DNA of 64,000 nt from Schizochytrium sp. TIO01. Its lineage: Eukaryota; Protista; Bigyra: Labyrinthulomycetes. Position numbers and translations under genes: made by a program. Positions 24,561-34,506 of this stretch are shown piece after piece. Positions within the stretch are counted from its first letter, which is position 1. Each line of letters opens with the position of its first letter. The DNA lies in NCBI GenBank assembly GCA_004764695.1, contig SMSO01000031.1:7608761-7672760 (forward strand), in the 5' to 3' direction. A model generated the notes under the pieces. The model saw only the letters and a list, made by a program, of their open reading frames with translations, was not told the DNA's origin and did not search any database.

Positions 24561-25595
24561 ATGGGCGGCTCGTACAGTAGCAAGGCATACAAGAAGCCTG
24601 TTGTGGAATCCGTAGAGTACCCGAAGCTCATTAAGACGCTCCCTAGTCAGGAGGGCAAAACCCATGTCATCACCGGCACTACCAGTGGTACCGGTCTCGT
24701 ATTTGCTAAGACCGTTGTGCAGCTTGGCGGCACTGTAATTTGTCTCAACAGACCTAGTGAGCGAGCTGCTAAAGCCGAAGAGGTCATTCGCAGCTCTGGA
24801 CCGGGCAAGGTTCAAACGGTCGACTGCGATCTTAAAGACTTCGACTCAGTTCGCAAGGCTGCTGCCAAGGTTCGTGAGCTTGCCCCTGATGGCATCTATT
24901 CTTTAGTCAACAATGCTGGTGTCATGGCTCTCCCAGCAGAGCCCTGCCCAAAGGCTGAGGGTCTTGATGTGCAGATGACTGTAAACTGTCTTTCTGCATT
25001 TCTCTTGACTAAGGAGCTCTTCCCCTTGCTTAAGAAAGGTGCTGACAAGTGGGGTGACAGCCGTGTGGCGCAGCATTCTTCTGCATCTCGCAAGTTCCCT
25101 GCTGGTGATATTCATGAGCGCTACTGGACGAAGGGAGGCGATGTGGGCTCTGACAGTGTTGGTCTTATGATGGGAGGAGACCGCTGGAAGCGTTACCACC
25201 AGACCAAGTTGGCTGCTGGTGCATTTTCGTACGAGTTGGCGGATCGTATTGATGCTGCTGGCCTTAAGGTCAAGTCTACCTTTGCTCACCCTGGCCTTGC
25301 TGCAACCGATCTCCAGGAAACCTCTTCGACCTCCGGAGGCATGCGCTTTGCTTCACTTCTCATGAGGTTCTCGCAGTCTCCTGAAGATGGTGCATGCGGC
25401 ATTATTCGCTGCGCTATGGACTCACCGGAAAATGTCAGCAATGCTGACTTTTTTGGCCCTGAGGAGCCGAAGATGAGCGGTCCTGCTGTGCACCACCCTC
25501 GTAAGCAAGAGAAGGATACAACTGATAAACCTGTTAACAAAGAGACCTACTGGCGTTGTGCCGAACAGCTATTTGGAGAGTTCAAGGTAGAGTAA
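24561..25595 (+). CDS. Short-chain dehydrogenase/reductase (RDH/WWOX-like), paralogue 3
   Basis: Same motifs; colinear with paralogues 1 and 2. Confidence 0.95.
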   Translation: MGGSYSSKAYKKPVVESVEYPKLIKTLPSQEGKTHVITGTTSGTGLVFAKTVVQLGGTVICLNRPSERAAKAEEVIRSSGPGKVQTVDCDLKDFDSVRKAAAKVRELAPDGIYSLVNNAGVMALPAEPCPKAEGLDVQMTVNCLSAFLLTKELFPLLKKGADKWGDSRVAQHSSASRKFPAGDIHERYWTKGGDVGSDSVGLMMGGDRWKRYHQTKLAAGAFSYELADRIDAAGLKVKSTFAHPGLAATDLQETSSTSGGMRFASLLMRFSQSPEDGACGIIRCAMDSPENVSNADFFGPEEPKMSGPAVHHPRKQEKDTTDKPVNKETYWRCAEQLFGEFKVE

Positions 25596-26102
25596 AAAAG
25601 GGTAATTCATGCAAAGAAATGAAATGGGCATGGCGTGCTATATCAATCGCGAAAGATTCTGTATACCCCAATTTCTTCTTTCAAGTAGAGCAACAAGCAG
25701 CAGATTTCAACAAGAATCCCTATTGGCAAAGAAGCAAACCCACTTTTTCTTGAATTGTTTCAATTTTGATTTTCATTCTGTTATATCTATGATTTCTAGG
25801 CCCCTCTCCTGTTGATATGGTATGATGCGGATAGACGAAAGGAAGATGGGTAGGATTGTAGCCTGGCGATAAGGCTCGACTTCCATCAGAGACAGGGTTC
25901 TTGGTGTACTATTGTGTTTTGTTTTTTGAGGTTCGACTTGTTGCTTGATTTCCTATGGAACTGCGCATTTGCTTGCTTAGATGGAAGCACTGCCTTCTCT
26001 TGAGGAAAAGGAGAGGTAATGGTTTGAATACCTATGCCATTCGCAGGACACTAAAAAATCATGTGACTGTGCTTTTGAAGCAAACGTGTAAGATTACAAA
26101 GT

Positions 26103-26660
26103 CTAATTCACGGCGATACGGTGGACGCTCTTCTTCTCCTCAGCCGACTTCTTGGGGATGAGGATTTCAAGAACACCATCCTTCTGGGAGGCCGAGATAG
26201 CCTTGACATCCACAGACTCGGGAAGCTTGATGCTGCGTGAGACGTGGCCGCTGGAGCGCTCTACCCAGTGAACGCGGTCACCGTCCTCCTTCTTGACATT
26301 CTCTCGCTTGTAGTCTGCAGAGACCGTGAGGATGTCCTCCTCGACGCTGAGATGCACATCTTCCTTGGGCACACCCGGGACGTCGACGTGTGCGACGTAC
26401 TTGTCCTCCTTCTCTACCATGTCCATGGAGAGGCCACTCTTCATGACAGGCCAGTCACTGCTAGACATGCGTGCAAGCGGCATGGCGTCAAAGAATCCGT
26501 CAAAGAATCCATTGTTGCTACGTGCGAGGGCCATCGTTGGTGATTTCTTGCTCCTTTTGCGCGGCGGTTCTTGAACCTCAAGTTCTTCTGCTGCTTCTGC
26601 TTCTATTTCTTTGTCTTCGACTTCGTGTTTCGGGTTTGCTGATGCTTTGGTGTCGGCCAT
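26103..26660 (-). CDS. HSP20: Small heat-shock protein (HSP20 / alpha-crystallin domain); start at 26660 or 26534
   Basis: MDMVEKEDKYVAHVDVPGVPKEDVHLSVEEDILTVS..ERSSGHVSRSIKLPESVDVKAISASQKDGVLEILIPK, with C-terminal IXI-like RIAV. Confidence 0.95.
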   Translation of the reverse strand: MADTKASANPKHEVEDKEIEAEAAEELEVQEPPRKRSKKSPTMALARSNNGFFDGFFDAMPLARMSSSDWPVMKSGLSMDMVEKEDKYVAHVDVPGVPKEDVHLSVEEDILTVSADYKRENVKKEDGDRVHWVERSSGHVSRSIKLPESVDVKAISASQKDGVLEILIPKKSAEEKKSVHRIAVN

Positions 26661-26708
26661 TGCGTCCAAATCCCTCACCCTTAACCTCCACGACGGGTCT
26701 CTATGAAC

Positions 26709-26901
26709 CTATATATATATATAAATATATGACAGGTAGAGCCACCTAGAGGGGATCGCACGAGTTGGCTCGGGTCTCTTCAAAAGCCTCACTGTTCGGT
26801 AACTCGCTCGCCAGGGTGTTGTCGAACCACCACTACTCCAGCAGGCACTTAGGGCTCCCCTCACAGCAGCAGTTGCTTCTCCCGTCAGAAGACTCGCGAA
26901 G
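26709..26901 (-). promoter_or_regulatory. Candidate HSP20 promoter: TA-rich TATA-like tract and an imperfect heat-shock element
   Basis: TATA-rich tract 26709-26730 about 50 bp upstream of the first ATG. AGAAG-ACTCG-CGAAG at 26887-26901 matches nGAAn-nTTCn-nGAAn with one mismatch. Confidence 0.4.
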
Positions 26902-28189
26902 ATCTATCTCTGCGCGGGCCAATCTTTGCGAAGGTTTCGAGATTTGATCTATCTATCTATCGATCGATCGATTGCGTCCCTCAACTCTAAAAAGAAGTTT
27001 AAAAACAAGTATTAAAATTCTATTTTTCAAACTCTCTGGAGAGCAATTTTGAAATCAGTCCTACGCGTTTAACCTAAATAAGCGCTAGCCCTCGCTCCAG
27101 GAAGAGAAGGAAAAAAAGAAAGAAAGAAAGGAGAACGAACTTGAAGGTAACAAACGTATTACACCCAAGCATAAGTCAGTCGTCATCCAGCAGAACAGAA
27201 GCAAGAGTTTCCAGACTCCAAAGGCGTCTTTTGAGGGGAGGCGGCTTGCTCCGGAGCGCCTTTTCTTCTGCGCTTCGGCTCAGAACCGGCGCTCTCCTCA
27301 GACAGAGAAACCTCGCGCCACCGTCCGCAGAACTTGAAGATCCGGAAGCTCAGACCTTCAGAATCGTCGAGAAAGAAAGATACTAACCCTCCTCCCCCAC
27401 ACAACTAACGCTCGCCTACCCTTAACCTTACGACCTACCCCCGCAGGATCTCCTTGCCGGCCGCTGCTACCGTTTCGCGCATGAGCGGTGCTACCAGTAA
27501 GACCGGAGCTCTTCGTCCCTCGTCCTCTGTCTCTTCTTACGATTTCTTTTCCTTTTGGACCTTCGCGTTCACATTTCGTTACGTTTTGTCACGTTTCGTT
27601 TTTTCCGTTTCGTTTCGTTTCATTTCATATCATTTCCTTTCAAAGCCCTTTTCGCGATCTGAGAGTGCGAGTTCTCGAAGACATACGGAGATGGCCCTCA
27701 AGTTGAGGAGGGCGGCGTCCCGGACGCAGAGAAAGGCCTTCGCGGCGCCGGCGGAAGGGGGCGCAGGCGCAGGCAGACCGCAGCTTCCCGGCGCTGAAGG
27801 GCGGTCCGCCGCAGACTTGGGCGGGCCCGGGCAGGCAGGCAGGCTTTGGGCGGCTTATCCGCAGCAAACTCAGGCCCGCAAAGCCGCGACGAATCGAAGG
27901 CGTCCCCACTGCGGAGCTGGGGGGGTGCGATGCGCCACGCAGCACCTCGCGGGACGCCTTTTCCGCTCGCCAAGCAGGCCAGGTGCGGGGCCTGAAGCAA
28001 GAACGTTCTAGAACAAGTGGTGGCGTGTGAGGAGGATAAAATGCGGGAGAGCTGGGGGGGTCAGTTTCGCGGCTAAAGATCTTTAGCTGGTGTTCTGTTC
28101 TCTTTGAGAGATGAAGAAAAACGTGGAACGGATAGATCGTAAGACATCGAATGGGACTCCGCTGGTTGCTGTAGGAGCGATGGCTCTGC

Positions 28190-28540
28190 GTGCGCGGCGA
28201 CGTGAGGGCTCCCGCAAGCGTACGCGAATGGCCTGAGGATGCCGAGCGCGTCCTTGGCAAGGTCGAAGTTTGACCTCGTCAGCTTGACGTCGAACGAACC
28301 CTCAGGGTGTTGGCTGGCTGGCTGGCTGGCTGGCTGGCTTTGCAATTTGAGGGCTTACGAGGTAGTCGTTTCTGGCGACCATCACGCGGGAACCTACACT
28401 GACCTTTGTGCAGTTCACTGAGGAGCCCGACCAGGAAGGACCACACAAGCACTTGAGGCTTTGCGGGTTCACGAGGGAAGATCTTGCCGAGCTCAAGCAA
28501 CCTGGCTGGCCGTCGTACGCATCGCACGGACTCGACAATC
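28190..28540 (-). pseudogene. Decayed Ser/Thr protein kinase fragment interrupted by a (GCCA)n microsatellite
   Basis: Kinase-ordered remnants across two frames: GLLSELH..RKPSNC (VIb-like), then FDVKLTRSNFDLAK (VKLxDFGLAK-like), then CGSPHVAA (CGSPxYxAPE-like). Catalytic residues are lost. Confidence 0.45.
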
Positions 28541-28919
28541 AACCGCCACCGCAGCTATGCACGAGTACGAAGAAGCTTGTCGATGATAGCACTAGTATGC
28601 TGCTAATGGGGGCGGGCAGGCCAAGCGGCGTCCGAGTTCCGAAGGTTGGACCAACAACGTTTTTCATCACAAGAAGTCGACACAAGCACTACTGTGGAAA
28701 GGCCAGAGTGGAAAGGCCAGAGAATATCAGCGTGGATTTAGCATCTTTATAAAATAGTCTATCTTTGGACAAGGTGGCGAGTCTAGCTAGCCTAGGCTAC
28801 TTGCTGCTTGGCTAGATTGCCTGTGCCGAATTTGGTTTTCAAGATTCATGGTTGCACGAAGGGTCGTTGAAGTGGTGGCATCGGGATTTCCACAGAAGTA
28901 AGAGTCTGTGGAAAGGAGT

Positions 28920-31797
28920 TTAGACCCTGCCAAGTCTGTGGTTGGGCCTTGCGACGCCCACAACGGCCTCGTCGTCATCGTTGTCGGTGACATCTGAAGC
29001 CGTCGCGAGAAGCGATGCCGATGCAGTCGGTTCTGAGGGCAGCGTCGGGTACAAAGCCATCTCTGTCTCGCCGACGACCTCCTCTTCGTATTCATCGTCG
29101 TCCTCAAGGGTGTAGTCTCCCGGGGCCAGGGGAGAAGATCCCCGTCCGAGACGATCATTCACAGACTCGCGAAATTGCATCCAAGAATCGGCAAAAGATT
29201 CGCGAAAGCTCGACGGGGCGTCGCCCCCCGCAGAAGAGTCGTCCTCGTCGCGATCTTGAGATGCAATTGCGTAACCTGCAGCGGCCATAGCGCCAAAGAT
29301 GGAAGCCCAAAAGAACATAGACACAATAGAACCCATGCTAAAGGAAGAATTCTCATCATCACCATCATCATCATCATCATCATCATTGTCACCTGCACCA
29401 ACGCCTATCTGAAAAGTGATAGGTGTGTCTGAGGTGTAAGAACCCGGGTATACGTTGCCAGCCATGTCTACAATAGCAAAGCTTGAGACAAAGATGCTGT
29501 AATTTCCGGGCGGAAGGTTGATCACTTGTACATTACTAGCATCTGCGTTTGTATCAGGGTTAGCTTTATCGGAGGGGGTTCCGCTCAAGTCGATCTCTAC
29601 CGTGTCATGTAGAATTCGTGATGTCGTGAGACTAACTTGCTCTGAGGTTGCGAGAGGAATTTCTAATGCTTGCTCTGAGTCGCGAATCAAAGCCACCGTT
29701 CCGGATGATACTTCGACCTGCTCGTTAAAGACCAAACGAATCAATTGCGACCCGTCAGTAGGCAAGGTTACGTTGGCCAGAGCAGGAGCACGATTGTCGA
29801 TCCGGAGACACTCTGCGGAATTGCCATCCATGACTTCGAACTTAAGATTCATTGCATTTTGGTGTCCAGTTTTGTACACCTCTATCAGCATGTTACAGGG
29901 GTCTGCCTCGAACTCTGTAGCTTGTGATTGAAACTCTGCCTCTTCCTTACAATCTTCGTAGATTGTAAGGCAAGTATTTCGGCACCAACGCATAGTAAGG
30001 TAAGACATATCCCAAGTCGCAAATTTATGGGCAGCAGGCAAGCAGAGGGAGCAAGCAAGATTCTGCAACGATTGCCTACATGTAGCAGACTCGATTTTAG
30101 CCATTAATTCATCCTGAAAAGGTCCCAATATACTGTCAATGACTGAAGTAGAGCAGCAGGAAACTTGAGATCCATAGGAGCACATACCCGAGTAGGTTTC
30201 CTCGACAGCCTGTGGACGAGCTAGCGGCAGTGCTATGTCTGCTGATTTATAGTATAGGAAACATGTCTCCTGAGATTCGTCGGTACAGTCGTCAGTAACT
30301 GTAAAGGTTGCTGATTTGCATACAAAGGGATGCGACTCCTCACAGCTTGCGTACTCCCAGACAGGTTCTCCATCACTGTACTTCATGACCACACATTTAG
30401 CAGTGCGACCGGGGCCAGTTTGTACGCTTGTTCCCCAGGGATGGTAGTCAAAGCGTGTTTCATCCTCCCATGTCTGCAGGCCGGCACCTTTAGCTTGCAA
30501 CCCAATAAATACTTGGTCAACAGTTCCAGTCGAGAATGGAGCCCACGGAATAAGAGAGGAGATCAACATATTCTCAGCTTGACTATGGATTGAAACTAAT
30601 GAGCCAGCTCGCTCTTTTTGACAAAAGTTCTTTGCATCCTCAAAATCCATCTTGGAAGAAATATACTCATAGCGAAAGTTATGACGACTAATGCTTGAAG
30701 CTGGACGCAACGAAAAGCATGTTACAAATTGCCCCGCGTCAGACTCAACCTTGCTGCTGTCCATCCACCAAAATGTTGTATTTGTTGCAGGGCCGGAACT
30801 TGATGCCAAGTTTGCATGAGAAACTACCTCTTGAACTACAGTATCCAAGAGAACTTTGTCGCGAGTATGCGTACTGAGCATGAATGCATTATCTTCATTC
30901 CAATCTCCGAGGATCGAATCCCCAAGCCCAGTATTGGATTGTGGCTGCGTACAGCGCCACTGCTTGAAAATATTAGTACCGCCAGATACGCTCATGGCAA
31001 AGGATGGTTTGGAATTTGTTAATTGCAGGCGAATTGCAAACGCTCGATAATCCTTCAGCACGGCAAAACTTGCTGTGGTTTCTCCACTTGAAGATTGCAG
31101 TTGCTCTTGGCCATCGATGTACACGCTCAGGAAGCACGCACCCTCGAGTTTGTACCAGAACATTCTCCGTGCGTGAGTTGGTCAGTCGCACTTGCGTTGC
31201 CGTAGCGCGATTGCGATAGAATGCATCCATGTAGCTTCCCGAAATGCTGCATGTTGGCACTTTGGGTTCGGAAGAAGTTACTAACGACGCTGGCAGAGGT
31301 ACCACGGGCGTTGCACTGCCTTCAGCATGATCTACAATGAGGGCACGAATGTTACTCTGAGTTGCAACAGTGCTGATAATGGATTTCATGCTAGTTCGGC
31401 ATTCATCAGCAGCGAGGAAGACGATCGCGTTATGCGCTTCTTTTGCCTTTTCTACGATCGCTTGACGGGAAAGCTTTTCAAGTTCACATGCTGACCAAAC
31501 CTCCAAAGGCCCACTTAAACCAGCTGTCGGAATTAACGCAGAGAACTTTGCTTCTAGACATGGAACCCGTGCGCCTTTGTAGAGCGCACCACCAGAAGTG
31601 CTTGAGCTATCAGTGTTGCTTGACACATTCTCAATAAGGAGATTCGCCATACGCAATTCGCTGCCCCCTGTTGTAGATGCCAAGCTTCGCACTGAAGTTT
31701 GTGCGGCGGCCAGGTGCAATAACACTACAAGCACCAACAGTGTCTTGGTCCAAGACCGCATTTGACTGTTGCACACCTTTGGTGAAGCCCGTGTCAT
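28920..31797 (-). CDS. Type I membrane receptor-like protein split by a frame change near 31160: signal peptide, PA domain, beta-sandwich, C-type lectin, HHIP/folate-receptor/Frizzled-type CRD, Ig-like, poly-Asp, TM, acidic tail
   Basis: ORF 30973-31797 has a signal peptide (TLLVLVVLLHLAAA) and a PA domain (EAKFS..GLSGPL..AC..NAIVFL..ALIV..VPTCSIS). ORF 28920-31163 has a CTL (FEDAKNFC..GSLVSIHSQAEN..FIGL..CVVM..WEYASCEESHPFVCK), a CRD (CSY..SCC..C..LACSLCLPAAHKF..WCRNTCLTIYEDC), a Big_5-like segment (DNRAP..IRLVFNEQV..IVDMAGN) and a TM (IVSMFFWASIFGAMAAAGYAIA). Confidence 0.85.
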
Positions 31798-32639
31798 CTT
31801 GCAAAACTACAATCTCTCTAGATATAGAGAGATAAGTATATAGATATAGATATATAAATGAATGTATTTTCTGTCGCTTGCGTTTCCCTCGTCGAGTGAT
31901 GTCCAAAGAAACTTAGACTACCTCTTACTAGGGACTACGCCTCTACCTTGGTTATTTTCCTTTCCGTCGCTGCTGCAAAAGTTTATCCTGAGGATACTAT
32001 TAATCTCAATTTAGAAAACACGCGGAGACGAAAGCCAAAAATTCCTTTTGCTGCACTCGCAATGAATGCTTCTAAGGAAAGGTAATATTTGGGGTTTGAT
32101 CGAGTGCAGCCTGGCTCGATCTCAGCTACTATCTGTTCATGGAATACTAAATAAGTCTATACGAAGTAGTACTAGAATACTGCAAGACCAGCGTACTAGT
32201 AGTATTGCGCGTCAAACCACTCCGACGAGGTTTGTTTTCTTCACCCAAGAGCCCAGAACTCACGGAGCTCTTCAACACCACCTATGTGCTGGTTTTCAGT
32301 TGAGCGGCCGATGCTGTAGAACCTTGATCGTCCCCAAGCTTCGCGCCTCGGTACCTTCGTTTAAGGCTTTGCCGCCAAAGAAAGCAGTGTCACAGTCTTG
32401 GAGATCTGACCTGGACCACAGATTAGATCTGTGAAGAACGATCGAACGGCGTTGATGCCTCGACACCCCACCACAAATAATAAACTACTCCGACGCAACT
32501 CTGAGGTGGAAGGAGGGAAGGAACCCGAGTCCACTCCCTCGTCCAAACAAGCCAAGGACGGGAGCCTCGCAGACAAACTTAGCACGGGCGAAGCACGTGG
32601 ATGAAGGAAGAAGATGCGGTGGTGCCAATTTCAGTTTTG

Positions 32640-32719
32640 TCGATGAATCAATAAATGAATCAATAAATGGATGAAGGAATGAATGAAAGAAAGAAAGAAA
32701 GAAAGAAAGAAGAAAGAAA
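32640..32719. repeat. Low-complexity (ATGA/AAAG)n tract
   Basis: Directly visible. Confidence 0.8.
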
Positions 32720-33215
32720 CTAAAAGACTCAAATGACTCAAAGGAACAATTCTAACTTAGCAGTTCTCCCCTTAGACATTCAGGTCGCAGACTTCACAAG
32801 GCAGCCAATTGACAGCAGACACGCAGACAGACAGAAGGGCAGGCGGGAGGCAGCTGGCTACTTATTTGCCAGGCTACGGGCTCCTCAAGTTCCTGGCAGA
32901 GCGGTTCACGAGCCTGGCTGGTGTTTGTTTGCATCGACTACGCATTGGCGTCGAACCTCGAGTCTACTGACGGAGGCGGTGCATCGAAGGGTTGGATCCA
33001 CGGCGAATGGTCGCTTTGCAGACGCGCACCGTAAACCCTCTGCGACGCAGTCCCTTGAGCAGAACACCTCAGGCCGGGGGCAGCCTGCGACGTTGTGGGG
33101 ATTCGGCTCAACTGGGAAACCTCTGTTGAGACGATGACCCAGGAATGGCTATTTCGATAAGCAGCAATACTGCTTTGGAAAAGCAAGCACCATTCGATCT
33201 GACGATGGGTTTAGC

Positions 33216-33432
33216 AGATGCAGTGCAATGTAGTGCAATGTAGTGCAATGTGATTCAATGTAGTGCAATGTGATTCAATGTAATGCAATGTAGTGCAATG
33301 TGATTCAATGTAAGCAATGTAATGCAATGTAATGCAATGTAATGCAATGTAATGCAATGTAATGCAATGTAATGCAATGCAATGCAATGTAATGCGATGT
33401 AAAACAATATAGTCCAATGTAATGCGATGCAG
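33216..33432. repeat. (AATGY)n satellite with 10-bp units CAATGTAGTG / CAATGTGATT / CAATGTAATG
   Basis: Directly visible. Confidence 0.95.
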
Positions 33433-34506
33433 TACAGTCAAATACAAGTCAATGCTAGGCGGTGCAGTTAATTGCAATAAAATGTAAACAGGTGAAGTGC
33501 AGCAGGCCCAGGAAACTCACGACACTGCCAAGGTAGCACCGTTTCCGCACAGACCGTCGTCAATTGAGACGCAAGAGGGCAAACGAACCCTGCATGCCTA
33601 CTATCGCGTAGCGCTGCAGAAGAGAGCGAAAGCTCCCATGCGAACTCTTAGAATGAAGATCGTGTCAAATTGCGCGAGGTTTCAGCTTCCAACGATCCCC
33701 GCTGTGCACGTGCAGCCACACGCCAAGAGGAAGCCCTCCTACGATGTCCCCGGCGGGTTCCCCGTATGAGTCCTCAGGTTAGGTGTGTACTGTGGCTTGC
33801 ATCTTGAAGTTGAAATTCAGTGTTTCTTTCTTCTCAATTTCTTTTTTAGTTTAAAAAAATAAATTAAATAATTGTTAATTGAAAAAAATCTACAAGTTTT
33901 TGGATAGAAACAAATAACTTCGAAATACACTGGATGATGCTCAAGGACGGAAGCAATCTTAGATGAATAAATAAATGAAGTCTTCCCAGGGATCCCCCCC
34001 TTCCCTATATAAACTACCCTCCTGCGCGTTGGCGATTGGAACTTACGAAAAGGCTGCTCGGATTGCGGAGCTGGGCGGCGTCCACGGGCTGCGCAAGGTC
34101 TTAGAGGTAAACGTTAATTAGACCATAGCGACGCTCCATGCACGTGCTGGTGACAGATCTGACGACTAGGTGAAAGCTTGCAGTACCTCCACTGTTATAA
34201 ACAGTTGTGAGCTAGCAACGCGAGATTGTGAACGGTGTTCGGCTGAGAGTAGTTGCTTGGCATATGCTGGACTCCCGAGAGGAGGTTTGGCGTTGTTACC
34301 GGAAGAACCTGGAACTAGAGGTGTGATCCTTGACCTTGAGCATCTTGCAGGTGGCTCGACACGAAAGTATTCTCCAGAACTAGTTTTGTAACAGCAAAGC
34401 AATATTCTTGGCAGCGCAAAGTTGTGAGAATAGGTTCACTGGTCTCTTCGTGTGCGCGTCGCTTTGCCAAGCTGGTTTGTAGAGTTTTGAGAAATCGATT
34501 TGGAAA

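Noticed and set aside
27415-27445. Interstitial telomeric repeat (CCTTAACCTTA)
   Set aside because: No run of exact CCCTAA units.
27454-28260. 185-aa and 206-aa ORFs as real genes
   Set aside because: Non-ATG or weak starts, low-complexity Arg/Pro/Ala content and no motifs; expected by chance in GC-rich DNA.
33211-33477. His/Cys-rich ORF (LHCIALHCIT), and the similar ORF at 62336-62542
   Set aside because: Translations of pentamer satellites.
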